Source: Veleropilina oligotropha
Lineage: Eukaryota
Direction of reading: 5' to 3'
NCBI GenBank assembly: GCA_048128005.1
Contig: JBEUKZ010000093.1
Coordinates: 248,001-312,000, forward strand
Length of the DNA stretch: 64,000 nucleotides
Under the pieces are notes generated by a model that saw only the letters and a program-made list of their open reading frames with translations, ran no database searches and had not been told where the DNA came from. Numbering within the stretch: the first letter of the stretch is position 1; every line of letters starts with the position of its first letter. The position numbers and the translations under genes were made by a program. Shown here piece after piece: positions 34,658 through 43,639 of the stretch.

Positions 34658-37600
34658 ATGATTTGGCGTAGTGTATACCCCCCCAGCAACATGGATGACC
34701 TGCGCAATCTAGCGAAAGATTATGGGATTCCCGCTCGGTCGAAGCTCAAGAAGCACGACCTCGTCAGGGCAATCGCCAGGGTCCGTGCTGCGGAGTTTCG
34801 GAGCAGACTCGAGCGGGCGATGAAAACGGGAAGGTTCCCCTCCATACGTGGAGATGTGGAGAACCCCCACAAAAGAGGCCGACGTGCTCGCGAGTTGCGG
34901 CAGATTAAGGACGAGGTCGACGCCGCCCTGCAGGCTCGTAAATACGAATCCCAGGCTGAGAAAAATCCCAGGATTCGACTGAAGCCACTTCGCGCCATCA
35001 CGGATCGAATCGTCAAGCGGTCTCGGAAAGAGACCCTTGCCCATGCTATTGCTCGGAAGGGGCCCGATCTTCTCATCTCCAAAACGCCCCGGACAGCCCA
35101 GGACTACCAGAAGGATCTTCTAGGGCAATTTACCACACCCGAGGGACAACGATTCATCGACCTGGATGACCAGGTCCCTCCCCCAGTAAGGCTCCCAGCA
35201 AAAGAGCCATGGGTGGAACTCTTGAGCGACGCCAAAGACGAGTTTGAGGTCGATGGCGCCACGGCGGCTTTCTCCACATGGAGGGTAGAAGTGGCTGGAC
35301 GGCTGGCCCTGGATGCCCGTATGACAGATGCAAGGGCGGCACAGCTCCTCACAGTCCTTCCAAAGGGCGAGTTTCTCCTTAGGATAAAGTTCTTGCGTGA
35401 GTGGGGTGAAGGTGACTGGGTGGTCGAAGACAAGTTTGACCCGGTGAAGGCTGCGAGAAAGAAGGGCCAGGGTGTCTTTGAGATCTCTCAGGATACTAAG
35501 CCGGGTGCTATCACTGGGGTCGACAAGGTCTACTACGAGAATGCCTACCCGGTCACTGCAGTCGTCTACGGCGTCTATCCTCTCAGAGAACCAAACCCCG
35601 CCAACCTGGTTCCGATGAAGAACGGCGACCTCAACTGCGTTGCCCAACGAGTGGTTGAGCACTTCGAAGGTGCCCTTAGAGGAAACGGACTCACCCCGAC
35701 AAGGCGGCAGAAAATACTGGAGTGGGAAGAGCGAGTCCACGTAACAGGCGCCACTGTGGATGATATATCCATCCTCGAGAGGATCCTCAAACGGGCGATC
35801 ATACTGAGAGATATTGCCGGCGAGGACATCTACAGCAGTGGGAAGTACCAGGGCTGGCATAGACCAGTAGAACTCATCTGTCACAACGGCCACGCCTGGT
35901 CCAAGGACCTACACTTTCCGCAGTCTCGCGAGGTCCACCTGTATGAGGGCGATGTCTGGGAAGCTATCCGACAAGCCACCCAGAATGAGCCATTGGCTGT
36001 CTGGCTCCTTGGCGGTAAAGACCGACAGCTTGGCGTGGACCAGTTCGTGCTTCAGGACGGCCGCACGTACAGGACAAAAGAGACTCACGAGATACTCCAA
36101 GAAGCCTGTACAGCGCTGGGAAACGAGTCCCTAGCCGATCGAGCCTTTGGCGTGAACCATGCAGCTAGCATTATGGCTAAAGAGACCAACGGCTGGAAAC
36201 CCACCCCGGCGAGCCTGCTCGATGACATCCAGAAGGCCTGTGTAGAGCATGGCCACGGCGGTCTCTGGAATTCCATGAACTACGATACGGGCGATGTCTG
36301 CTGCATCGACATGAAAGCCTGCTACCCTGCCAGCTTTCTGGGGAAGGGCGAGGCTAAGCCGTACTTCGAAAGATTCGGACACCCAACCCACAGCATGACC
36401 CGGGTCGCAATTAACGGTCCTCTACCCCGAGAAATCGGTACCGGGTTTGCCGAGGTCGTGGAATGGGAGTTCGCACAAGACATCCACCCCGTCATTGTAG
36501 CATGGTTCGGGAAGCACTTTGCAGAGAATGGATGGGCACCAACCCCGCTGCTCGCCTTCCTCATAGACTCTGGACTGCTAAAAAGCCTCAAGATCCGAGA
36601 AGCCATCATCGCATTCAAAAAGCAGACCGATGTCTGGCTTCCTCCGGATCGTGACCAGGGCTGCAGTATCATCGGCAAATTCACCCAAGGCGCCAAAGCT
36701 GACGGAAAGCGATTGACTCGTAGACTGGTGACCGACCAGGGTGAGCTCGACTTCCTCGTAAGAGACACCCGCCAAAGCGGCACCCTGGTTGGCGCTCCTC
36801 AGAGATGCCCTATGGGGCACATCCTCACGTACTATGATGGCTCCCAGCCTCAGTACGCCCACCTGAGGGCGTCCATGTTGGCCTATGCCCACATAAACCT
36901 CTTGAGCATGCTTCAGCGTTTCAGTGCAGCAGAAGCCGTCCGAGTAGCCACTGACAGCATCTACCTCAAGAAGGCCTCGTTGGAGAAGCTCGACGATGTC
37001 ACGGTGTACGTTGCCCCCAGACTCTGCGGCTGTGGCGAGAAATCGTGCATCTCATGTCTGATCGCGGAGCCGTACCTTCCGCCAGTAGCACCAGCCCAGT
37101 GGCGTGACAAGGGCGAACAGCTGTATATGCCACAGGAACATGCCGCATACCTACCCAAGCCAGAGTATTGTTGTGCCGCCAATTCCAGCCAGCCGAGCAC
37201 CGCGCCATGCTACAATGACACACTGACCCACCATCGCCTGAGTTACCTCAACGGTGGAGGGGGCTGTGGCAAGACTACGAGAGCGATCGAGCTCTTTCGG
37301 GCAAGGAATCCCGTCGTGTTCACACCAACCCACCGCCTCGCTAAAGAGATGCGGACCAGAGGCGTCAAAGCCCAGACCTACCACAGCTTCTTCCGATGGA
37401 GCGGCCAGAATGACTGGACGCCTGACCGCATGGGTCAGAAGTTCATCCCGCGCGTCATTATCTGGGACGAGGTCTGTACTGTTCCCCGGGCTATTCTAGA
37501 GATGTTCTTGGACTGGCTGGGCCGCCACGAAGTGCAGGTTATCTGCTGTGGTGATCAAGGCCAGCCACCACCGATTACGGGCGAGATGCCGCACGATTGG

Positions 37601-38524
37601 CTGCGAAAGACCGCGGACTACTATGAAGAGATCGAAGTAGACTACAGGGCGAAAGACGACCCTGCCCTCCAAGCCCTGAAAAGACGTATCCGTCTCCAGC
37701 CCGACAAAGTCCAGTGCGACGAGATGCGACGGACCCTCCCCAGCTGCCTCGGATGGGACCGGTTCGTCAACACCTGGAAGCCAGGCGACCTAATCCTCAC
37801 AAGCCGTCAGAAGGTCCGCGAACGGGCTCAAGAGCTGTTGCTCCAGAGGCACAAGGAGCACTTCCCAGACTCCATGGTGCCTATCCTGTACCACCCCAGG
37901 GACAGCAGAAAACAGAACATCATGGTAACCATTCCGGGCACCAGCGACAGAGAGGAGCTAGTTCTGAACGACGTCGTCGAGGTCACCATTGAGGCCGCTG
38001 AGCGGGCGATCCTGACCCCGGATTGGCGCCTGGGCTATGCCCTGACCATCCATTCGAGCCAGGGTCTTACGATTCACGACCCACAGAAAGTCTGGATCAT
38101 CGACGACTACCTTCAGTGGAGTAATCTCGCCTACCTAGCCGTGTCCCGGGTGGAGCTGCTGCGTCAGCTCGAACGGGTAACCTGTCCACCGGATGAGGGT
38201 TCTGAGGACAGGCCCCCGCCCCAAACCGAGCAACAGCTCCGAAAGACCATCCAGAAAAAGCTTGTGGCGTACAAACGCCAGGACCAGGCAACGGGACTCC
38301 CGGGGTTTAACCTCAAGGTCGACGACATCCGGTGGCTCAGAGAGGCCCAAAACAACCGCTGCGCAGCATGCAACATAGAGCTGCTCTGGGCATATTCCCC
38401 GAAGGACACACAGCAGTTCAGTGTCGACCGTGTGGACAACAGCAGGGGCCACACCCGCGACAACGTGCGCTTAACGTGTCTGGAATGTAACCGGAAACGA
38501 GGATTTGCGGTTGTTAACGCCTGA
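34658..38524 (+). CDS. Multidomain replication protein: OTU-like protease / family-B DNA polymerase core / SF1 helicase / HNH endonuclease
   Basis: GDLNCV...HNGHAW (OTU-like Cys/His). IDMKACYP, SIIGKF and ATDSIY (PolB motifs A/B/C). GGGGCGKTT, IWDE, GDQGQPPP, YALTIHSSQGLT, YLAVSR (RecD/Pif1-like SF1). CAAC...SVDRVDNSRGH...NVRLTCLECN (HNH-type). Confidence 0.85.
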   Translation: MIWRSVYPPSNMDDLRNLAKDYGIPARSKLKKHDLVRAIARVRAAEFRSRLERAMKTGRFPSIRGDVENPHKRGRRARELRQIKDEVDAALQARKYESQAEKNPRIRLKPLRAITDRIVKRSRKETLAHAIARKGPDLLISKTPRTAQDYQKDLLGQFTTPEGQRFIDLDDQVPPPVRLPAKEPWVELLSDAKDEFEVDGATAAFSTWRVEVAGRLALDARMTDARAAQLLTVLPKGEFLLRIKFLREWGEGDWVVEDKFDPVKAARKKGQGVFEISQDTKPGAITGVDKVYYENAYPVTAVVYGVYPLREPNPANLVPMKNGDLNCVAQRVVEHFEGALRGNGLTPTRRQKILEWEERVHVTGATVDDISILERILKRAIILRDIAGEDIYSSGKYQGWHRPVELICHNGHAWSKDLHFPQSREVHLYEGDVWEAIRQATQNEPLAVWLLGGKDRQLGVDQFVLQDGRTYRTKETHEILQEACTALGNESLADRAFGVNHAASIMAKETNGWKPTPASLLDDIQKACVEHGHGGLWNSMNYDTGDVCCIDMKACYPASFLGKGEAKPYFERFGHPTHSMTRVAINGPLPREIGTGFAEVVEWEFAQDIHPVIVAWFGKHFAENGWAPTPLLAFLIDSGLLKSLKIREAIIAFKKQTDVWLPPDRDQGCSIIGKFTQGAKADGKRLTRRLVTDQGELDFLVRDTRQSGTLVGAPQRCPMGHILTYYDGSQPQYAHLRASMLAYAHINLLSMLQRFSAAEAVRVATDSIYLKKASLEKLDDVTVYVAPRLCGCGEKSCISCLIAEPYLPPVAPAQWRDKGEQLYMPQEHAAYLPKPEYCCAANSSQPSTAPCYNDTLTHHRLSYLNGGGGCGKTTRAIELFRARNPVVFTPTHRLAKEMRTRGVKAQTYHSFFRWSGQNDWTPDRMGQKFIPRVIIWDEVCTVPRAILEMFLDWLGRHEVQVICCGDQGQPPPITGEMPHDWLRKTADYYEEIEVDYRAKDDPALQALKRRIRLQPDKVQCDEMRRTLPSCLGWDRFVNTWKPGDLILTSRQKVRERAQELLLQRHKEHFPDSMVPILYHPRDSRKQNIMVTIPGTSDREELVLNDVVEVTIEAAERAILTPDWRLGYALTIHSSQGLTIHDPQKVWIIDDYLQWSNLAYLAVSRVELLRQLERVTCPPDEGSEDRPPPQTEQQLRKTIQKKLVAYKRQDQATGLPGFNLKVDDIRWLREAQNNRCAACNIELLWAYSPKDTQQFSVDRVDNSRGHTRDNVRLTCLECNRKRGFAVVNA

Positions 38525-39518
38525 GAACCGGCGGCAGCTGGGTATCACGAGGCACCACGAGAAGTTCCTCACGAACGAAGCCATGCGGTGGTCCATCCAG
38601 CAAGTAGTAGAGCACAGGCTCGTCAGGCTTAGTGACGGAGCGTCCAAGCCTGTAAACTTTTAGAGACCACACCGGGTCAGTAGCACGGCGATGACCCCCC
38701 TCCAGCTCACCATCGTAGTAAAGGTAGCGAACATCTACGTCAGAGGGGAGTTTCTGTTCCTTCCCCTGTCGGCCTGGAACAGTGGCGCCTGGCTTTTGGG
38801 CAACGCGAGGTGCCTTGATGGCGTCCTTGGGCTTTTTACCGGTCAGCCTGGTCACTTCCCCATTCAAGGCCGCAACTACAGCTGCTAACCGGGCGACCCA
38901 CTCAGTTGACCTTTGACCCTCTTTCGCAGACTCTGCAAACCGCATCTCTGTTGCATACTGGTGCCCGAAGAGCCGCTCAGCGAGCGTCCGGTTGAAGCGC
39001 TCCACAATGCCCTGATCGCGATGGATATCCACACGGCCACGCCTAACCTCGACGTTATTCTTTGCCAGCAGCTGGGAAACCGCGCCCATAAACTCTCGCC
39101 CTGGATCGACTTGAAGCAGTTTCGGCCAGCCAAGAGGACTCCGCCTGTAGATTCGGGCTAGTGCTTCAGCAACCCCTTTGGCCTCTTTTGTGACCAGAGG
39201 CTCAGCCTCTTTAAAGCGACTGGCCACATCAACCACAGTCAAAGCGTACTTATAGGTCTTGTGTCTGACCTTGTCATGGGGGAGAAACAGGAGGTCGGCT
39301 TGGTGAACCTCGTTTGGCGTTACGACGTCGAATTTTGGTCTTGGAATCCGCCGTGGCGCAGGTAAATAGATCTGCCATATAGCCTGCCTCTTAAGCCATG
39401 TCCGGGCCTCCACTTCAGACGCCTTGGCAGCCTCCGCTAGTTTCTTTATCGCGGCAATGCCTTTCCAGTAGCCCTTAGGGCTGTAGTACATCCTCGCAAG
39501 CTTACTATCCATCAGCAA
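38514..39518 (-). CDS. Retroviral-like (rve) DDE integrase, Polinton type
   Basis: HQADLLFL, YALTVVDVASRF, LQVDPGREF, GIVERFNRTL. Confidence 0.93.
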   Translation of the reverse strand: MLMDSKLARMYYSPKGYWKGIAAIKKLAEAAKASEVEARTWLKRQAIWQIYLPAPRRIPRPKFDVVTPNEVHQADLLFLPHDKVRHKTYKYALTVVDVASRFKEAEPLVTKEAKGVAEALARIYRRSPLGWPKLLQVDPGREFMGAVSQLLAKNNVEVRRGRVDIHRDQGIVERFNRTLAERLFGHQYATEMRFAESAKEGQRSTEWVARLAAVVAALNGEVTRLTGKKPKDAIKAPRVAQKPGATVPGRQGKEQKLPSDVDVRYLYYDGELEGGHRRATDPVWSLKVYRLGRSVTKPDEPVLYYLLDGPPHGFVREELLVVPRDTQLPPVLRR

Positions 39519-39726
39519 TGTATTCCAGTAAACTGATCAGTCTCCAACAGGCTTCAGCTTCCGGAGCCGGTCGCTGCGCAGTGGTCGCCCGTAGGTTGGT
39601 CGGGCCCGAGAGCACCAGGACCGCGAACCGCACCATAGTCTTTTCGTCGCGGCGCCAGCAGTCGAGTAACGTAGTACTATAGCCGACCGCAAGCATAGCG
39701 CAGTACAGCTCTTCTGGGAGCCCCAT
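39505..39726 (-). CDS. Small hypothetical viral protein
   Basis: ATG-initiated 73-aa ORF filling the gap in a co-oriented gene run. Confidence 0.4.
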   Translation of the reverse strand: MGLPEELYCAMLAVGYSTTLLDCWRRDEKTMVRFAVLVLSGPTNLRATTAQRPAPEAEACWRLISLLEYIADG

Positions 39727-39766
39727 TACTATACATGCCAACGAAAAAAATGTCCACTGGAAATAA

Positions 39767-40195
39767 TTAGGCGAGCTTGTAGGCGACCAACCCGGTCGCA
39801 GCCATCCCCAGGATGATGAAGGTGATCTCACGTCCCTTCTGGCCATCGCTCGGTGTGTAGTAGTCAGACAGGGCGGGCTCAGGGCCACCCCCCAGGTCGG
39901 GGTCAAGGTTCTTGCCGGTGATCAATGCATACTCACGGATCGCGGCGTCAACATCCCGGAATGTGCCAACGGCATGACCCTGGCGGCGAAGTTCAACGTT
40001 CAGCCAGTCGAGACGCTCTGCCCTCTGTTGTGACCATTTAGTCTGAGCAGCGTTGAGCTGTTCTACAGCAATGTCGTGGCGTTTACGCTCCGCATCGACA
40101 CCGGAGCTGCGTAGCTTCGAGAAGAGGAAGTTGGAGCCGCTGAAGGCGAGGGCGTTGACGAGAGCGCCCCCAACCAGCATCGCAATGGAAGCCAT
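39767..40195 (-). CDS. Viral membrane protein (N- and C-terminal hydrophobic segments, central coiled coil)
   Basis: MASIAMLVGGALVNALAFSG... and ...ITFIILGMAATGLVAYKLA. Confidence 0.75.
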   Translation of the reverse strand: MASIAMLVGGALVNALAFSGSNFLFSKLRSSGVDAERKRHDIAVEQLNAAQTKWSQQRAERLDWLNVELRRQGHAVGTFRDVDAAIREYALITGKNLDPDLGGGPEPALSDYYTPSDGQKGREITFIILGMAATGLVAYKLA

Positions 40196-40226
40196 TGAAA
40201 TGCTGCGATTATCTAGCAAGGTCCCA

Positions 40227-40466
40227 CTACTTCAATATATCGGCCGGAATGATGCCTTGCTTGATCAGCATGTCTTTCGTCGCCATGGCGAGCGATACGT
40301 CGAGGACGACCATCCCGACATCGTACCCCGTGAAGTCCAGTTTGGGGCTCGCTCCCTTGAATACCATCTTTGTCAGGCGTGCGTAGCCTATGGCGAGGCC
40401 TGACACTATAGCGGCGTGGTATACAGCGTTGCCGAGCATCTTTCCATCAGTGATTGGGGTAGTCAT
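40227..40466 (-). CDS. Small hydrophobic viral protein
   Basis: 79 aa with two hydrophobic helices; tightly packed with its neighbours. Confidence 0.7.
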   Translation of the reverse strand: MTTPITDGKMLGNAVYHAAIVSGLAIGYARLTKMVFKGASPKLDFTGYDVGMVVLDVSLAMATKDMLIKQGIIPADILK

Positions 40467-40491
40467 AACTGTTGATTAGTACCGTTTGCGA

Positions 40492-40983
40492 CTATTGCAT
40501 ATGAAAAGGGTTCTGCTTCTTCAATTCGATAGTGGGGGCGGCCCGAGAGCACCGAGCGTCCGCGTCTGGTGGCTGTTGATGTGGTGTGGATGGACCAGGG
40601 TTGCTGCGTTCTGAGGACGTCTTCCAGACAACAAATACCAACGCAACCGTACCGGCAGCGACGGCTACCTGGGTCCAATTAAATGGGTCCGATTTCCGTG
40701 TATCTGGCGCACACGGTCTTTCTGCGGCTGGAACCGCCTCCCCGGGCTGTTCTGATGGAACGACAACACTTGTTGGGGCACTCAGGTCTTCTTTCATTTT
40801 TCGAACCGCGGCCAGTAGCTTCTCCTGCTTGGCTTTTCGAGCAGCAGCGCCGGCCCGACCTGCAGCCACTTTTTTCGGGTCCTTTTTACTCACTGATGAG
40901 TCCGTCGAAGAAGTCACCCTCTCTATCGGCTGGCTCTCGATCGGCTGTCTCTCGATCACTTGGTCCACTTCCGGCGTTGTCAT
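40492..40983 (-). CDS. Viral protein with a basic helix and a TM segment
   Basis: KKDPKKVAAGRAGAAARKAK followed by hydrophobic VAVAAGTVALVFVVW. Confidence 0.7.
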   Translation of the reverse strand: MTTPEVDQVIERQPIESQPIERVTSSTDSSVSKKDPKKVAAGRAGAAARKAKQEKLLAAVRKMKEDLSAPTSVVVPSEQPGEAVPAAERPCAPDTRKSDPFNWTQVAVAAGTVALVFVVWKTSSERSNPGPSTPHQQPPDADARCSRAAPTIELKKQNPFHMQ

Positions 40984-41644
40984 CTTGATCTGGTATCTTA
41001 GGCGGGCAAACATGTCCAAATTGGCAGTGCTTAGCCGTGGTCAACGCTGCGGTCAGCGGTGCGAGGTACATGCCATATTTATAATACAGCTCACAGCTTG
41101 CAGTGGTCAGGGCATGTGAGATGAACGGGTCGGCCTCGAGGTCAGCGATCAGTCGTAGCTGGTTTGCTGGTGGAATGGGCAGGAACATCCCAGCTGCACC
41201 CGCATACAGCTGTATAGCAGCGGCCCCGAGGGTCTTCGTCATGTCAGCACCTAGCTTCGCTTCATACCGTGCGTGGTGTTTCTCAACCTCGTCGTCAGTC
41301 ATATCGTCGATTCGGTCCACTGTGAGGTTACGCCCCATGTATCTGTGGGCCCCTCCAACGGCTAATGCTGCAAGCCTCTCCCGTTTCTTTGCCATCCCTA
41401 TGGAGCCAGTTTCAGGTTCCTCGTGCTGCGAGCAGCGTTTGGTCGTCGAGCGGGGTGAGCTGCTGCTCACGGTCATTTCTTCCTCGTCATCCATGAGTTG
41501 ATCGATGAGGCTGTCCATCCTTAAGCGTTTCCAACATCTCCTCGCCAGTCTAATATAGCGATAATGCCAATACCACAACGTTACGAGTAGCAACAAGATC
41601 AGGCCCTGGCTGAAAGCAAAAGCTATGTATACCGCGTCCGACAT
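40886..41644 (-). CDS. Hypothetical viral protein with N-terminal TM
   Basis: 252-aa ORF in the structural-gene run; alternative start at 41518. Confidence 0.65.
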   Translation of the reverse strand: MSDAVYIAFAFSQGLILLLLVTLWYWHYRYIRLARRCWKRLRMDSLIDQLMDDEEEMTVSSSSPRSTTKRCSQHEEPETGSIGMAKKRERLAALAVGGAHRYMGRNLTVDRIDDMTDDEVEKHHARYEAKLGADMTKTLGAAAIQLYAGAAGMFLPIPPANQLRLIADLEADPFISHALTTASCELYYKYGMYLAPLTAALTTAKHCQFGHVCPPKIPDQDDNAGSGPSDRETADREPADREGDFFDGLISE

Positions 41645-41697
41645 GCCTAGCTAGCTAAGTAGCTGCTAAGTAGATGTTAGGGCTAGCCAAGTAGCTG

Positions 41698-42330
41698 CTA
41701 AAGCACACTATAAGCAACGGGCTGATCAGTTTTCAACAGAAGCTTAGCGTGTCGTGTCTCGGACAACAGCCGGCGAACCGCGGTCCGTTCATCCTGCGAC
41801 GGGATTACATCGTTCTCGCGCAGACAGTCCTCGAAACTGTCGCGGTCCTTGCAATGGAACAGCGCGACCCAGCGGGTCTGCTCTCTGAGCTCCTTCAAGA
41901 CCGAGTTGTACTTTTGCGTCACTACCCATACGCTCTGGGAAGCATGCCTGCCGCTGAAGGCCAACAAAGTCAGCATGTCCCGTTTCTTTGCCATAGCCTT
42001 GCTGGCGGCGCAGTCGTCGATTATGTACAGAGTCGACTCCCCCTGAAACAGCCGGTAGAACCCCCGCAGCCAGTCATGGAGTCGCTCACCCGGGGGGACT
42101 AAATACACCTCAGGGTCGGTCCAGATCCACGGACAAGACTGGTATGCTTTGTTGTACTTGATCGTGGGGCAGAGGATCACGATATGCCGGAAGACGCCTC
42201 GATACTCCCCTTCCAGCAGTTCAAGCATGAAAACCGTCTTCCCACAGCCCGTCTGGCCGCAGATGATTGCGGAGTGGGGGTCCTTGGTGTGCGGAAATCG
42301 TTTAGTACAGTGCTTCGACGAATCGGCCAT
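41698..42330 (-). CDS. A32/FtsK-like genome packaging ATPase
   Basis: Walker A GQTGCGKT, Walker B YIIDD, GRH and VVTQ motifs; adjacent to the capsid gene. Confidence 0.92.
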   Translation of the reverse strand: MADSSKHCTKRFPHTKDPHSAIICGQTGCGKTVFMLELLEGEYRGVFRHIVILCPTIKYNKAYQSCPWIWTDPEVYLVPPGERLHDWLRGFYRLFQGESTLYIIDDCAASKAMAKKRDMLTLLAFSGRHASQSVWVVTQKYNSVLKELREQTRWVALFHCKDRDSFEDCLRENDVIPSQDERTAVRRLLSETRHAKLLLKTDQPVAYSVL

Positions 42331-43603
42331 TCTCGATATTCAGCTGTGCGTCCATGATCACGAACTCGTAGACGTTCAGTGGACCGGCCGCTTCGGCTGT
42401 TTTAGTGATCTGAATAGTAATGCCTTCGCTGGCGTTCTCGACCCTCCGGCCTGACCCGTGCAACTGATCGTCGTCAGTTACCCGCATATCGATCCAGAGC
42501 GCAAATTTCTTAGTCAGAAATTCGCCCAGGGTGACGTCTGCCATCTCCAAGTCCTTTGCGACCATCGCGACCTCAGGATGCCGCTTGCTGCAGCCGGAGG
42601 CGAACATTTTCTTGGCTTCTTCCCAGATCTGGTATGTTCGCATGCCCTGGCTGTAGATTTGATTCGGGACACCCTCGATTGTGACCTCGACCTTTGTGAT
42701 CTTCGGATTATAGAAGGCCTCAGTATCGCGAGAGAATGGCGCGGCGTCTCTCGCAGGGTCCTCGAACAACAGTAGTATTCCTTTCATCGACCTCGCCGGT
42801 ACGTTCACATTCATATTCCACAACGAGTCGCTCTTGTCTAGGGTGAGCTTCCGATGCCGGAGAACACGGTCGTACAGGATTACGAGTTGACCCTGGTATT
42901 GATTTCGAATCCGTCTGGCAAGCTCGGATTGGGTTACCATGTCATATTCGAGGGATATATTGTCGATGGAATAGCTGGAACCGGAGTCGTCCGTCTCCCG
43001 GATAGTCCGGGAGTAGTCGTTGAACGTTAGCTCATACTCGAGACGGTCTCCAAGGGCGCTTTGATAGAATGGCATGTGACTTTCCAACAGCTCGAAATCC
43101 AGCGGGATGCGGAATCGGTTACCGTACGCGGCCGCGACCGCGACATCCTCAGACAGTCTAAAGGCGTCTGCCGCACCAACACGATGCTTCGTAGTGTTGT
43201 GCCCATCGCTGGTATCAATCCCCTGGTACTGGGCGTTCTTGCGCTCCCCGGTGGTCTTCCAGAGATCGCAGTAGCAGTGGTACACGTCGGAGTCGTCAAT
43301 CGACATGATCTCGTTTCCACTTATCTTTATCGTGGTCTTTCTGATCACGGCACGGCCGATATTTTGCACTACAGTCCTATTCGCATTTACCGAGGTCAGT
43401 GAGATGGTAAATGCAAGGTGGGCAGTCCCTGGAACGATCACGTCATTCGCCCCGAGATTAGGGAACCGAACCAGGAGCTGCTGGTTCGGGGCAATCGTTG
43501 ATGGATTGTTTGTAATCGTGACCGACTGGCGGATGCCCTTGACTGCGAGGGGCTCACGCAGCCTGCGGTATGGATTAAGCTTGCGTCCGTATACGCTAGT
43601 CAT
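42302..43603 (-). CDS. Probable double jelly-roll major capsid protein
   Basis: About 433 aa from the first ATG, beta-strand-rich, adjacent to the ATPase. Fold inferred from size, composition and context. Confidence 0.8.
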   Translation of the reverse strand: MTSVYGRKLNPYRRLREPLAVKGIRQSVTITNNPSTIAPNQQLLVRFPNLGANDVIVPGTAHLAFTISLTSVNANRTVVQNIGRAVIRKTTIKISGNEIMSIDDSDVYHCYCDLWKTTGERKNAQYQGIDTSDGHNTTKHRVGAADAFRLSEDVAVAAAYGNRFRIPLDFELLESHMPFYQSALGDRLEYELTFNDYSRTIRETDDSGSSYSIDNISLEYDMVTQSELARRIRNQYQGQLVILYDRVLRHRKLTLDKSDSLWNMNVNVPARSMKGILLLFEDPARDAAPFSRDTEAFYNPKITKVEVTIEGVPNQIYSQGMRTYQIWEEAKKMFASGCSKRHPEVAMVAKDLEMADVTLGEFLTKKFALWIDMRVTDDDQLHGSGRRVENASEGITIQITKTAEAAGPLNVYEFVIMDAQLNIENGRFVEALY

Positions 43604-43639
43604 GGCTGAATTAGATGCGTATCCCACTGATGTATTCAA

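Noticed and set aside
34658..38524. Helitron Rep-helicase
   Set aside because: It has an SF1 helicase, but no HUH/Y2 Rep motifs were seen. PolB motifs, TIRs, TSD, integrase and capsid genes indicate a Polinton-like virus instead.
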